The translations under genes were made by a program, and so were the position numbers. From positions 32,001-96,000 of IMG/VR virus record IMGVR_UViG_3300035670_000028: a DNA stretch of 64,000 nucleotides; one strand, written 5' to 3'. The DNA is from a virus. This document shows positions 10,549 to 20,860 of this stretch, piece after piece; positions within the stretch are counted from its first letter, which is position 1, and each line of letters starts with the position of its first letter. Below the pieces are notes generated by a model. It had not been told where the DNA came from, did no database searches, and saw only the letters and a program-made list of their open reading frames with translations.

Positions 10549-11151
10549 ATGAAGTGGACAACAAAGGTATCGCCGCTGATCAAGGAAATTGAGCTCAGGA
10601 AGAGCCCAGTCATCATTCGAGTCAACAAGTTCGATGAGGAGTCTGCCCTCAAGTTCGATCAAGAGGTGGCACAGGCCCACAATACCGGTCAGAAGGTGAT
10701 TCCTGTGGTCATTGATTCATACGGAGGGCAGGTGTACTCCCTCATGTCGATGATCTCAGCCATCAAGCACGCTGAGCTTCCTGTGGCCACGATCGTCGAG
10801 GGTAAGGCGATGAGCTGCGGAGCTGTCCTGCTCACCTTCGGCGCAGACGGCATGAGGTTCGCTGATCCTAATTCCACGATAATGGTGCACGATGTCTCCT
10901 CCATGGAGCTCGGCAAGGTCGAGGAAGTGAAGGCAGGCGCAGCAGAGGCCGATCGACTGAATGAGAAGATCTACACCATGATGGCCAGGAACTGCGGTAA
11001 GCCAGACGATTACTTCCTCAAGATCGTCGATGGTAAGAAGCACGCTGACTGGTTCTTCGACGCCGAGGAGGCCCTCAAGCATGGGTTCGTCAATCACCTG
11101 AGGGTGCCAAAGCTGAACGTCGAGGTCGCTGTCACAATCGATTTCGAGTGA
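10549..11151 (+). CDS. ClpP-like serine protease
   Basis: DSYGGQVYS, AMSCGA, MVHD, ADWFFDAEEA. Confidence 0.85.
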   Translation: MKWTTKVSPLIKEIELRKSPVIIRVNKFDEESALKFDQEVAQAHNTGQKVIPVVIDSYGGQVYSLMSMISAIKHAELPVATIVEGKAMSCGAVLLTFGADGMRFADPNSTIMVHDVSSMELGKVEEVKAGAAEADRLNEKIYTMMARNCGKPDDYFLKIVDGKKHADWFFDAEEALKHGFVNHLRVPKLNVEVAVTIDFE

Positions 11152-11187
11152 GTCACATGGGTCCTAATCCTCCGCAGGCTGCGTGTT

Positions 11188-11194
11188 ATACTTA
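11188..11194 (+). promoter_or_regulatory. Putative late promoter ATA(C/T)TTA (representative copy)
   Basis: Same heptamer upstream of starts at 2327, 12915, 29077, 31051, 33330, 36627, 45439, 46870, 53584, 55830, 58410, 60946, 62478; variants at 14376, 16666, 26406, 48193, 52557 and 60966-60972 (minus). Confidence 0.7.
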
Positions 11195-11222
11195 GACCCA
11201 GAGATTTGACCCACCGTGAACT

Positions 11223-12863
11223 GTGACAGCGTATAGAGTAGTAGAGTCTTCAGGATCTAACGGCACTATTCAGTTTGCCGCTGATGGAGATTTCAGCTCC
11301 AGTGGCAATTTTGTATTCGTCACAGGCTCTGAGCGTGTAGGCATTGGCACTCCTGCACCTCTCGCAAAACTGCACGTCTCAGGAGGCACCCTCTTCGGTG
11401 CCTCAGAGACAGACCTACACCAGTTCACAGGCAGCGCGCAGTTCTACTCAGGACTATCCGGATCCCTCACGAGACTGCCCGATGGCCGCTCCTACCTCGT
11501 CGCCGGCGCGAATGTAACGATCACGTCCGAGTCCAACGGACAGGTGACAATATCGTCGACGGGAGGCGGCGGTGGGAGCGGAGACAGCTACTGGACCTCG
11601 ACCCAGCCCGGCAAGATCTTCACAACGGGCTCAGCTGAGGCGCAGGGCGGTCTCACGGGCTCTCTGCAGGAGGTCTCTGCCGGCGTCCCATATCTTGTTG
11701 CCGGTGCGAATGTCTCAATAAGCACTGGGACAAACGGGCAGATAACGATATCTTCTACAGGCGGTACACCTCCGGGGTGCGGAGTGTACTGGGAGTCTGT
11801 TGTCTCTGGCACAGTGCAGACAACTGGGTCTGTTGCCGTCGGCACGCAGGGAGATCCCTCACAGCTTTGGATCAATGACATCAACATCACACCAATTGCA
11901 AGCGGTGTGATAGTTCCAGGATCCACGCTCACAGACACAGTCCTACTAAATCTCTCGGGGGCGCTGTCTGGCAATCAGTACGGCAGCTTCAACATCGATG
12001 TGATTGGCACCACAAAAGGCATCACGTCCATAAGCAGTCTAGCCACTGCGAAGTGGAACCTCTCGGTGTCCATGCTGCAGTCAAGCGGCTCATTCCAGGT
12101 GGTGGGCGTAACCGAGGTTGACGCGCAGCGGTTCAAGGGACCCACATCTATAGACGCACCGGCGCTCTGGGACGTTAACTTCAACGCCTCAGGGTCTCTC
12201 TATGTCAACACTGCGGGCACACCCACGGACACATCCTGGGGTGCGATCGTCACGAACCAGACGATCATCGATGTTGAGTCAGGCCTCCTCTTCAGCGGCA
12301 AGACTCTCGTGTCCGGATCACTATCGTCTGCGTGCAGCTGCTGCCACGATCCCTACTGGATCTCGAACAGCCCAGACGTCATATTCACAACAGGCTCCGT
12401 CGTCATCGGCGCAGGAAGCACGGGCGACCTAATCGTCAACGGAATCAATCTCACACCGATCAGCGGATCCGCTGTCGTCCCAGGTGGAACCTCGACAAGC
12501 TACAACATCCTCAGCCTCTCTGGCACAATGAGCAACAATCAGTTTGCCACATTCAACATCGATGTGATCGGCAGCACAAAGGGCGTCACAAACATCTCGA
12601 ACGTCTCCACCGCCAAGCGGCTTCTCACTGTCTCCATGGTGAAGTCCGGAGGGCAGTTCGCTGTCGTGGGCATCACAGAGCTCGATGCACAGAACTACAC
12701 CGGACCCACGTCTTCCGACAACGCGTCCCTCTGGGACATTAACGTCGACGTCTCAGGCACCCTTTACGTCAATACAAACACCACACCGACTGATACGGCA
12801 TGGGGTGTTATCGTCACGAAACAGTCAGTGATGGATGTAAACTCAGGTGTACTAATTGGGTAA
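11223..12863 (+). CDS. Fibre/virion protein with GSL-YLxAG repeats and duplicated C-terminal domain
   Basis: Gly/Ser/Thr-rich; RVGIGT.P..KLHV fibre motif; two GL(S/T)GSL..YLVAGANV repeats; two ~170-aa domain copies. Confidence 0.65.
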   Translation: MTAYRVVESSGSNGTIQFAADGDFSSSGNFVFVTGSERVGIGTPAPLAKLHVSGGTLFGASETDLHQFTGSAQFYSGLSGSLTRLPDGRSYLVAGANVTITSESNGQVTISSTGGGGGSGDSYWTSTQPGKIFTTGSAEAQGGLTGSLQEVSAGVPYLVAGANVSISTGTNGQITISSTGGTPPGCGVYWESVVSGTVQTTGSVAVGTQGDPSQLWINDINITPIASGVIVPGSTLTDTVLLNLSGALSGNQYGSFNIDVIGTTKGITSISSLATAKWNLSVSMLQSSGSFQVVGVTEVDAQRFKGPTSIDAPALWDVNFNASGSLYVNTAGTPTDTSWGAIVTNQTIIDVESGLLFSGKTLVSGSLSSACSCCHDPYWISNSPDVIFTTGSVVIGAGSTGDLIVNGINLTPISGSAVVPGGTSTSYNILSLSGTMSNNQFATFNIDVIGSTKGVTNISNVSTAKRLLTVSMVKSGGQFAVVGITELDAQNYTGPTSSDNASLWDINVDVSGTLYVNTNTTPTDTAWGVIVTKQSVMDVNSGVLIG

Positions 12864-12972
12864 AAAATGTTTGTGATCGAGGTGACCTAAAGCTTATTTC
12901 ATTCTTCCATCGTGATATTTAGTGTTGGACTCGAACGAAGACTTGTAGACGCTTTAACGGGAGAACACTAAG

Positions 12973-14298
12973 ATGGCGATTTTGAAGAGATATACGCAGC
13001 TGAACAGGTCAGGATCTAATCACAGCATCCTTGACGCTGAGACCGGTTATATCACCGGATCTTTCGAGGTAGACGGAATTACGCGCCTCGACGGCGCAGT
13101 AACAGCCTCTGTAGGACTCGAGCTCACAGGCTCGTCGACGTTCGCAGCGGGCAGCACATTCACCTTCAACGGCAACGGCGTGTTCACGTCCGGCCTCTCT
13201 GGATCACTTCAGAGGACATCGAACGGCGATGCTTATTTGGTCGCCGGCCCGAATGTAACAATTACAACGAATTCGCTGGGTCAGGTCGAGATAAGCGGCT
13301 CTGATCCGAACACACTAATTCCAACATTCTGGTTCTCGACTCAGAACCTCGCAGTGTACACCACAGGATCTGTGCTCCTCCGCGGTCCTGCAGGCACAGC
13401 AGACTCCCCTGCTGACCTAGGCACTGACCTCTTCTTCTTCTCATCCGGATCGATAGGAAGCAAAGACACTGCAGTCACTGGAACAGCTGCATTCGGTGGT
13501 GATCTCGTCGTCTCCGGCGGCCTATACGTTGAGACAGGGCTTCAGGTGACAGGTGCAGCTTCCTTTGCGGGAAGCGTTACACTCGGTGACTCTGCTGCTG
13601 ACCTGATCGCAGTGTCTGGTTCGATGGACTTCCTCAATCCAGCCACATTCCAGGCCGGCCTCTCCGGCTCTCTCACACACCTCGAGGACGGCACCTCCTA
13701 CCTGATCGCAGGACCAGGCATCACTATCGTGACTGGAACGAACGGTGCGGTCACAATCTCCTCCACGGGCGAGATTGAGACACCCCCTGAGCTATACTAC
13801 GACGGTGTCGACACGGCGGCCACAAGCGGCTCGCTGGCAGTCACAGGATCGATCACACTGGCAACAGCAGGCACAGGACGCGGTCTCCTGGTGTTCGGTG
13901 GTCTAGACATCGGACCAATCACAGGCTCGATGCAGACCATTGGCGCAGGACCTGGAATAATGAGCGGAAGCCTCCTCTCAGCGTCACTAGGTGTCTGGGA
14001 TGGAACTAACGCAGCAGCACTCCGCCACGAGTTCCACGTCGTTGGAATTAGCACAGACGCCTCGGCGATGTTCGCAGGCTCCTACCTGGTCTCATCTTTC
14101 GTGAACGCAGCTGGAGCTCAGACCGCGACAGGCGCAACTGAAACCTCACGCGAGGTGACAGGCGTGGCCAGTGCATGGGACGTCAACATCAACTCCAACG
14201 TGGACATCACAGTGACAGGCTCCGCAGGCCTCACGGTGAACTGGTACGCCCAGCGCACGAAGGAGATGTCGATCAGCGCTGACGGTAACAGGACCTGA
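12973..14298 (+). CDS. Fibre/virion protein, paralogue of 11223 gene
   Basis: Two GLSGSL..YL(V/I)AG repeats; WDVN C-terminal domain. Confidence 0.65.
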   Translation: MAILKRYTQLNRSGSNHSILDAETGYITGSFEVDGITRLDGAVTASVGLELTGSSTFAAGSTFTFNGNGVFTSGLSGSLQRTSNGDAYLVAGPNVTITTNSLGQVEISGSDPNTLIPTFWFSTQNLAVYTTGSVLLRGPAGTADSPADLGTDLFFFSSGSIGSKDTAVTGTAAFGGDLVVSGGLYVETGLQVTGAASFAGSVTLGDSAADLIAVSGSMDFLNPATFQAGLSGSLTHLEDGTSYLIAGPGITIVTGTNGAVTISSTGEIETPPELYYDGVDTAATSGSLAVTGSITLATAGTGRGLLVFGGLDIGPITGSMQTIGAGPGIMSGSLLSASLGVWDGTNAAALRHEFHVVGISTDASAMFAGSYLVSSFVNAAGAQTATGATETSREVTGVASAWDVNINSNVDITVTGSAGLTVNWYAQRTKEMSISADGNRT

Positions 14299-14322
14299 TA
14301 GCTAATTCCTTAGCTTGAGTGA

Positions 14323-14355
14323 GGCGCCGGTCGAGAGGCCGGCGCTTTACTTTTT
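14323..14355 (+). terminator. Rho-independent terminator
   Basis: GGCGCCGGTC-GAGA-GGCCGGCGCT followed by TTACTTTTT. Confidence 0.8.
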
Positions 14356-14399
14356 ACCTGTCCCGACACAGCGTGATAATTACACGTGTAGGAGTGTGA

Positions 14400-15293
14400 A
14401 TGGCATTGAATGAGAAGAAGCCCCTTTTCGTGAGGATTGCGGGCGAGCGGCAGCCAAACCTGTTGCCTGTCACTGCATCGGCAGTAGGGTTCGATTTCAA
14501 TCGCGATCGCTTCGTGTTCTATCACACGGCATCAGACGATTGGGCCGACATCTCACCTGATGGAGTCGACTTCGTTGGTAGCATATACGCAGACAATTTC
14601 TTCTCCGCAGGAGTTGTGACCGCATCGCTGGGTCTCTCAGGCTCGCTCACACAGCTGGCTGACGGCACCTCATACCTGATCGCAGGAACGAACATAACGA
14701 TCACCTCTGAGTCCAACGGCGCTGTCACAATTTCATCAACAGGAGGTGGGAGTGGCACTCCAGGAGGCCTAAACACCTACGTCCAGTTTAATGATGGTGG
14801 CACATTCGGCGGTGATGCAGGACTAACTTACGATAAGAATGCTGACACTCTGCGAGGAACAGTAATAACTGCCTCTCTAGGATTTAGCGGCTCTCTCACC
14901 CGCTTGTCCGATGGCACATCATACCTGATCGCTGGAAACAACATCAACATCACATCACAGTCGAACGGTCCTGTCACGGTGACCGGCATACACGACTCTC
15001 TGAGGGATCTAATCCACTTCATCGATCAGGGTCCTGCGTGTGGATTTGGCGTAGGAGCCTACAAGGAACAAGGTCCCGCAGGCGCATTCCCCACGCAGTC
15101 TGTGTGGTATACTGATATCACGAAGGTGAATAAGATTGTTGAGCTAATCATGACGTGGTCAGGAGCCGTGCCATCATCCCAGACATGGAGATCATACGCA
15201 GCAGACGGTGTCACCGTGAACTGCACTGTGACTGACTCCTACACTTACGCCAACAGCATATTCGAGACATCTAGGAACAGAACTATTACATGA
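14400..15293 (+). CDS. Fibre/virion protein
   Basis: Two GSL..DGTSYLIAG repeats; VQFNDGGTFGG motif. Confidence 0.65.
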   Translation: MALNEKKPLFVRIAGERQPNLLPVTASAVGFDFNRDRFVFYHTASDDWADISPDGVDFVGSIYADNFFSAGVVTASLGLSGSLTQLADGTSYLIAGTNITITSESNGAVTISSTGGGSGTPGGLNTYVQFNDGGTFGGDAGLTYDKNADTLRGTVITASLGFSGSLTRLSDGTSYLIAGNNINITSQSNGPVTVTGIHDSLRDLIHFIDQGPACGFGVGAYKEQGPAGAFPTQSVWYTDITKVNKIVELIMTWSGAVPSSQTWRSYAADGVTVNCTVTDSYTYANSIFETSRNRTIT

Positions 15294-15712
15294 GCATTCA
15301 GCTAGTAAAGAATGTGAACTTTGGCCGCTCGAAGAGGGGCCTGGCCACCGTGGGGTACACGCTGATCAACTCTGCCGGCGGTGTGGCGCAGGTCCGGACC
15401 ACTGCGGGTGTGTACGAGGTGGGAACCCTAACAGGCATCTACGCTGCGCTGATCACATTCGCGACGGGATTCAAGGGAAGCATCCTCTGGGATACAGGTG
15501 AGGTTGTTCCTGTGCACGCCACAGAGGACTACAGCCCGATCGATGAGCAGACGCAGTTCAACTACGACATCTCAGGCGGCCGATGGAAGATCGTGGGCAA
15601 CCAGATGATCTTCTACCAGGAAGACAACGTTACCGAGATCAGACGCTTCAACCTGTTCGACGACCTGGGCAGCCCATCGATGGACTCCGTCTTTGAGCGT
15701 GTCAAGGTCTGA
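15290..15712 (+). CDS. Probable virion protein
   Basis: Coupled ORF in fibre operon; beta-rich. Confidence 0.5.
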   Translation: MSIQLVKNVNFGRSKRGLATVGYTLINSAGGVAQVRTTAGVYEVGTLTGIYAALITFATGFKGSILWDTGEVVPVHATEDYSPIDEQTQFNYDISGGRWKIVGNQMIFYQEDNVTEIRRFNLFDDLGSPSMDSVFERVKV

Positions 15713-16089
15713 TGCCGCCCGTCAATAAGCTCGTCACCCGTGGAATGGGACCCTCACGGGGTGTGCCAGGCCGCGCAGGAATGGTGACGCAGGGATACGG
15801 TGGAATATTCAGGGCAGTTGTTGAAGCGGTCTCTGCGGTCATCCAGGGTGGCTCCAAGGCCTTGCGGCGCCTGCCCGAGATCCTCTGGACAGTCTACGCG
15901 CGGCTTGCTGCTGTCAACGATCGGGAGCTGCTCGAGGATGTGTCAGGCGTCGACAAGAAGGTGGTCGATCCGAACCTCGAAGAGCCTGAGATTAAGGCAG
16001 ATCTTGGATCCGCAAAGATAAGTAAACGTGATACAGGCATAGTTATTAGGGCCGAGAGAGTGCGCTCGGGCAAGAAGGAAGGCGACTAA
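15712..16089 (+). CDS. Hypothetical protein
   Basis: TGATG coupling. Confidence 0.5.
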   Translation: MPPVNKLVTRGMGPSRGVPGRAGMVTQGYGGIFRAVVEAVSAVIQGGSKALRRLPEILWTVYARLAAVNDRELLEDVSGVDKKVVDPNLEEPEIKADLGSAKISKRDTGIVIRAERVRSGKKEGD

Positions 16090-16090
16090 A

Positions 16091-16639
16091 GTGAGCGATT
16101 TCGACATTTTTCTAGACACAGACAATGAGCTGGCCTTCACAGTCGCGATCGAAGGCGCCAATGAGGCAGCAGTGAGAAGCCAGTTTATCCTTGAGGGGCC
16201 ACGTGGAATCAGCCTGTGCTTCGAGGGCCGGGCATCTGGCGCTGAGATCACAGTTGGAGTTCCGACGCTCAAGGGAATCATACGAGAGGGCCTGTACAAC
16301 ACGCGGCTAGAAGTGATCGTTGACGACCGCGTCTTTACACCGCTCCAGATGCAGGCAAACGTGAAGCCGGCGATCAAGGTCGAGGCTGTTGTTAGGACTG
16401 CAGCAAAGGTGGGAGGACCGGTCGTCACAGCTGCTGTTGTCAATAGGACGAAGCCGCTTGTTGAGACCGCCGTCGAGAAGCCAGCAGCTCCTCCGCCGGC
16501 TCCAATACCAAGAGCAGCCACTGTGCCAGTGACGCAGGTAAAGCCGCCTGTCGCACCTGTTCGACCAGTTGCGAAAGACCCTCCGATGAGACCCACATCT
16601 GAACTTGACAGCTTATTGGATAGTTTAGAGAGTGAATGA
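16091..16639 (+). CDS. Hypothetical protein, Pro/Ala-rich C-terminus
   Basis: ORF with RBS. Confidence 0.5.
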   Translation: MSDFDIFLDTDNELAFTVAIEGANEAAVRSQFILEGPRGISLCFEGRASGAEITVGVPTLKGIIREGLYNTRLEVIVDDRVFTPLQMQANVKPAIKVEAVVRTAAKVGGPVVTAAVVNRTKPLVETAVEKPAAPPPAPIPRAATVPVTQVKPPVAPVRPVAKDPPMRPTSELDSLLDSLESE

Positions 16640-16685
16640 CACTTTACTCGGCTAGGATCCTGCCTATATTAAGACACGAGAATAA

Positions 16686-19235
16686 ATGATCAAGTCGCCC
16701 GCATCGATACTGTTCGACATCAACGGCATTGCGACAGCAGTGTCCGCCTCGGACCAGCCAACGTCAGGCGCCCTGGGGCATGTGATGGCAGGCTTCGACG
16801 AGACGAAGTCGGTCAGGTACGCCTCATTCATCGGTGATGCCCTCAAGGTCGATGGCCTCGTGAATATCGCCTCGAGCGATTCGTTCTCGAGCGCAATCGT
16901 GGGCAGCAGGTACAACCAGCTGGAGATCGCCTACGATTCCACCGATCCTGACAGCATCGATAAGATAACTGTCACGAAATCGAACGGCGGCGATGCCATC
17001 AACTCAGGTGGCCAGGCTGTTTTCAGTACCTCAGTGGCCACGAACGGCGGGATCAAGGCAGTAACTGATGCCACCGTATCCTACCGCCCGCACGCTGAGG
17101 TGTACGCTGCCTTCACCTGCATATTCACGGCAGGGGTTGCTGATAGCTACCAGCGGATCGGCATCTACGATAGCAACAACGGATTCTTCATCGGATACGA
17201 GGGCACCTCGTTCGGAGTAACGATCCGCAAGGCAGGCTCCGATACAACCACCGCCCGCGCCTCCTTCAACCTGGATACTCTCACCGGCGCCTCGGACTCG
17301 AAGTACACCCGCGCTGGAGTTCCTGAAACCCTGGATCCCACGAAGGATAACCTCTACCGGATCAGGTACGGGTGGCTGGGCGCAGCACCGATCGTATTCG
17401 AGGTGCTATCACCGGATGGCGGCTGGGTGCCATTCCACATCATCAGGCACCCGAACACCAACGCTGCAACCACGATCAACGATCCTGACCTCCCGATCAC
17501 CCTGGATGCGCAGAAAACTGCAGGCGCCACCAACATCACAATGTCGACCGCCTGCTGGGCTGCTGGCACCACGAGCGATCTTGACCGAGTAACTGCCACG
17601 ATATCTGATGATACTCTGGCGAAGCTGACCAGATCTGTTATAGCCGGCCAAACAACCGGCGGCGGTGGCGGATACGTGAACGTGAAGGTTACGCCGAGCG
17701 GTGCCCTCACGGTAGAGATCGATGATGGCGGCGGCAGCATCACCGTGGATGGCGTGATCACTGGATCAGGTGATGTTGGCATCCTCAGGCAGGCGGCCAC
17801 CCGCGATCTCTTCATCACCGGCTCAGTGGGTATCACGGAGGCACACGGGGTATTCAGCGGCACCCTCCCATCCACCGGAATGCCGGCAGGGTTCTCCGAT
17901 GGCACCCTCATGCAGGCTGCACGGGTGTACGATCTGAACACCTCCACGGGATCGGCGAACGAGGAGCACGTGCTCGGTGTGAGCCTGCGCTCGAGCAGCG
18001 TTTCAGGATCCCAGGAGCTGGGCACGATCTCGAACCCGCTCATCACCTCACCCGGCCCATACGGGAAAACGGTTTTCGGTGAGGAGAGGGTTGCCCTCCC
18101 ATTCGCCCTCGCTGATCTTATCAACAAGTACGAGATCACTCCCACCGAGTACTCCACGCTAACGAGCTCGGTTGGCACTCCCACGATCCTGCACGTTCCG
18201 GATGAATCTGCCATCCGGCTAACTGTGGATGGCACATCCGGGAGCTTCGGCAGGCTCCGCACGAACACCTTCTACCGGTACCAATCCGGCAAGGGGCAGA
18301 ACATCAAGATGACCCTGTACCACGGTGATACAGGCGAATCTGATCAGGTGAGGCGGTGGGGCTACTTCGATGAGGGTGATGGCCTCTTCTTCCAGCTATC
18401 GGGCTCGAACCTGGGCGTAGTGGAGAGGAAATCCACCACTGGATCCCCCACCGAGCTGTTCTACTCCCAATCTGCCTGGAACGTGGATCCCCTAGATGGC
18501 ACCGGCCCGAGCGGGATCACCCTCGATATCACGAAGAGCCAGATATACGAGATCAGGTTCCAGTGGCTGGGCGTAGGATTCGTTGATTATTACATCAACG
18601 GATATCGGATCCACAATATCCAGCACGCGAACCTCGTTTCCGGCCCCTACATGAAAACAGGCCAGCTTCCACTATCCTGGGAGGTGGAGAACAACCTCTC
18701 ATCATCAGCAGGGAGCATGACAACAGTGTGCTCATCCGTTCTTTCTGAGAACGGAGAGCCACCCCCAGAGTTCAGCTTCGCCGCCTTCAACTCCACCCCT
18801 GTGAGCGTAACCACAACCGAGGTTCCGGTCCTGAGCATCCGCCCGAAGGCAACCTACAATGGGATAACGAACAGGATCATCACCCTCCCGAAGAAATCCG
18901 TGGTTTCCACTGAGGGCTCGCGCATATCCTACCGGATCCTGTACAATGCAACCCTCACCGGCGCCTCATGGGCATCCGTGGCATCCACATCCGGAACCGA
19001 GTTCGATGTATCTGCCTCTGCATTCACGGGCGGCGAAACACTGTTCTACGGGTTCCTTCCCAACAGCAATGATGCCGAGGGCGCTGAGCTGGAGAAGTAC
19101 TTCAGCATCCTGGCCAGGAAGCTGCGCCAGAACGCATTCGCCACAGGTGTTGATACCCTCACGATCGTGGCGAGGAACGAGGCTGCAGGTTCAACCTCAG
19201 TGCGCGCAGCACTGGTATTCACAGAGGTGCGGTGA
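16686..19235 (+). CDS. Large virion/receptor-binding-like protein with two beta-sandwich repeats
   Basis: Repeated YRIRYGWLG / YEIRFQWLG and RIGIYD / RWGYFD segments. Confidence 0.55.
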   Translation: MIKSPASILFDINGIATAVSASDQPTSGALGHVMAGFDETKSVRYASFIGDALKVDGLVNIASSDSFSSAIVGSRYNQLEIAYDSTDPDSIDKITVTKSNGGDAINSGGQAVFSTSVATNGGIKAVTDATVSYRPHAEVYAAFTCIFTAGVADSYQRIGIYDSNNGFFIGYEGTSFGVTIRKAGSDTTTARASFNLDTLTGASDSKYTRAGVPETLDPTKDNLYRIRYGWLGAAPIVFEVLSPDGGWVPFHIIRHPNTNAATTINDPDLPITLDAQKTAGATNITMSTACWAAGTTSDLDRVTATISDDTLAKLTRSVIAGQTTGGGGGYVNVKVTPSGALTVEIDDGGGSITVDGVITGSGDVGILRQAATRDLFITGSVGITEAHGVFSGTLPSTGMPAGFSDGTLMQAARVYDLNTSTGSANEEHVLGVSLRSSSVSGSQELGTISNPLITSPGPYGKTVFGEERVALPFALADLINKYEITPTEYSTLTSSVGTPTILHVPDESAIRLTVDGTSGSFGRLRTNTFYRYQSGKGQNIKMTLYHGDTGESDQVRRWGYFDEGDGLFFQLSGSNLGVVERKSTTGSPTELFYSQSAWNVDPLDGTGPSGITLDITKSQIYEIRFQWLGVGFVDYYINGYRIHNIQHANLVSGPYMKTGQLPLSWEVENNLSSSAGSMTTVCSSVLSENGEPPPEFSFAAFNSTPVSVTTTEVPVLSIRPKATYNGITNRIITLPKKSVVSTEGSRISYRILYNATLTGASWASVASTSGTEFDVSASAFTGGETLFYGFLPNSNDAEGAELEKYFSILARKLRQNAFATGVDTLTIVARNEAAGSTSVRAALVFTEVR

Positions 19236-19648
19236 TGGCCACATTCGATACAGATAGGATAACCACAACCCGCCTCGATTCCTGGGCCGAGATCAGGAAG
19301 TACCTCGATGGCACGATCGCCTCACTCGCCTTCCAGTTCGATGATCGCGGGGATTTCTACACGATCATCACCGAGCCGTACGCAGGGATCACCCTGCAGT
19401 ACTCGATCAAGAAGGATGATGGGCCCGAGCAGAGCGATTTCGAGAACAACTACAAGGATCTGGCACCCCGCCGAACTGGAACCTTCGATGGGAACAGTAA
19501 TGCAACTCTGGTTACCAGCAATGGGCAGAGCGTGCAGATCGTTAACTCGCTCCGCCTCGAGCAGCTCCTATCCCAGGTGCTGCAGGAGCTGAAGAGGATG
19601 AATTCTCAGCTGCAGATAATTACAGATGAGGAAAACGATCTACTATAG
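19235..19648 (+). CDS. Hypothetical virion protein
   Basis: Coupled ORF; C-terminal coiled coil. Confidence 0.5.
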   Translation: MATFDTDRITTTRLDSWAEIRKYLDGTIASLAFQFDDRGDFYTIITEPYAGITLQYSIKKDDGPEQSDFENNYKDLAPRRTGTFDGNSNATLVTSNGQSVQIVNSLRLEQLLSQVLQELKRMNSQLQIITDEENDLL

Positions 19649-19666
19649 AGCACTGGAGATGAACCG

Positions 19667-20242
19667 ATGAACTACATTCAGGATGGAACCGGCAAGGGCT
19701 ATCTCGCCGAGGTAACAGAGCACAATCAGCTTTCGATCGCAGGAATCGCAGATACGAGCTATGATGCTGCCTCCCAAACGGGGGAGAGCTTCAACGTGAA
19801 CACGGAGTTCGTTTCGATCACAGTTGGCACAGAAACCCCCCTGTTCTACTTCAAGAACAATGAATCGAATCCAGCAGTGATCGTGGGTTGGTTCATCGGA
19901 ATTGGGCTAGCCGGCGGCGCTGCCACCGAGAACGCGATCCTTCGAACGTATGCGAATCCCACTTCAGTTTCCGGTGGAGTTAGCCTAACAACCGTGAACA
20001 GAACGATCGGATCAGGCAGAACCTTCTCCTTCGATGCGAAGAAGCAGGATAGCGGAACTCCACTCACCGGCACACTGCCATCAACTCCGGTCCTGTACCA
20101 AACGCAAACGGCATCATCCCGCGTGTTCGGAAACGTGTACCTCACCGTTCCAAAGGGCAACTCGCTGATCGTTACGTGCCAGCTGAACGGTGCACAAACA
20201 GCGAACATTTACACAGGCTTCACCGGCTTCGTGGCAGGATGA
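19667..20242 (+). CDS. Virion protein with IxDGxGxG N-terminal module
   Basis: YIQDGTGKGYLAEV..NQL. Confidence 0.5.
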   Translation: MNYIQDGTGKGYLAEVTEHNQLSIAGIADTSYDAASQTGESFNVNTEFVSITVGTETPLFYFKNNESNPAVIVGWFIGIGLAGGAATENAILRTYANPTSVSGGVSLTTVNRTIGSGRTFSFDAKKQDSGTPLTGTLPSTPVLYQTQTASSRVFGNVYLTVPKGNSLIVTCQLNGAQTANIYTGFTGFVAG

Positions 20243-20258
20243 GGAGAAGGAGCACACC

Positions 20259-20846
20259 ATGGCAAGAATAGAGGATGGCAGGGGCAAGGGATTCCAGGTA
20301 GCTGTTGATTCCACCAACCGGTTGGAGGTTCACGCTGCCACTGTTGATGAGGAGAGAGTTGCAACCATCGATGGTGAGGCATGGCAGTTTGGCAGTGCCA
20401 CGGTTGCCTTCACGGCAGCAACAGCATCCGCGATCCTGTTCGTGAAGAACACCGATACAAGAGATATGGTTATCGATCGCCTCCGCCTGCACCTAGGCAC
20501 GGTCACGGGAGGCACCGGAGATTGGACACTGGGAATCGTTAGGAATCCCACCGCGGGAACCCTAGTTTCTGCCGGCACTGTGATCACGCCCACGAACATC
20601 AACCACGGATCATCGAAGGAGCCAACCGGCACGTTCCTCCGCGGAGTGCAGGGCTCAACCCTCACTGATGGCACCACCTCATCATTCCCGATCAAGTCAT
20701 CGGGAGATGGAATCATCATCTTCCCGTTCGGCAGGATCCTGCCAACAGGTGCCTCGATCGGGATCAGCGTGACCCCACCAACAGGCACCACCGCAGCGAA
20801 CGCGGTGGCAGTTCTGAGGGGCTACTACCCAGCTGCAGATGTGTGA
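20259..20846 (+). CDS. Virion protein, paralogue of 19667 gene
   Basis: RIEDGRGKGFQVAV..NRL; LFVKN vs FYFKN. Confidence 0.5.
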   Translation: MARIEDGRGKGFQVAVDSTNRLEVHAATVDEERVATIDGEAWQFGSATVAFTAATASAILFVKNTDTRDMVIDRLRLHLGTVTGGTGDWTLGIVRNPTAGTLVSAGTVITPTNINHGSSKEPTGTFLRGVQGSTLTDGTTSSFPIKSSGDGIIIFPFGRILPTGASIGISVTPPTGTTAANAVAVLRGYYPAADV

Positions 20847-20860
20847 GGGCGTGAGGGCAG

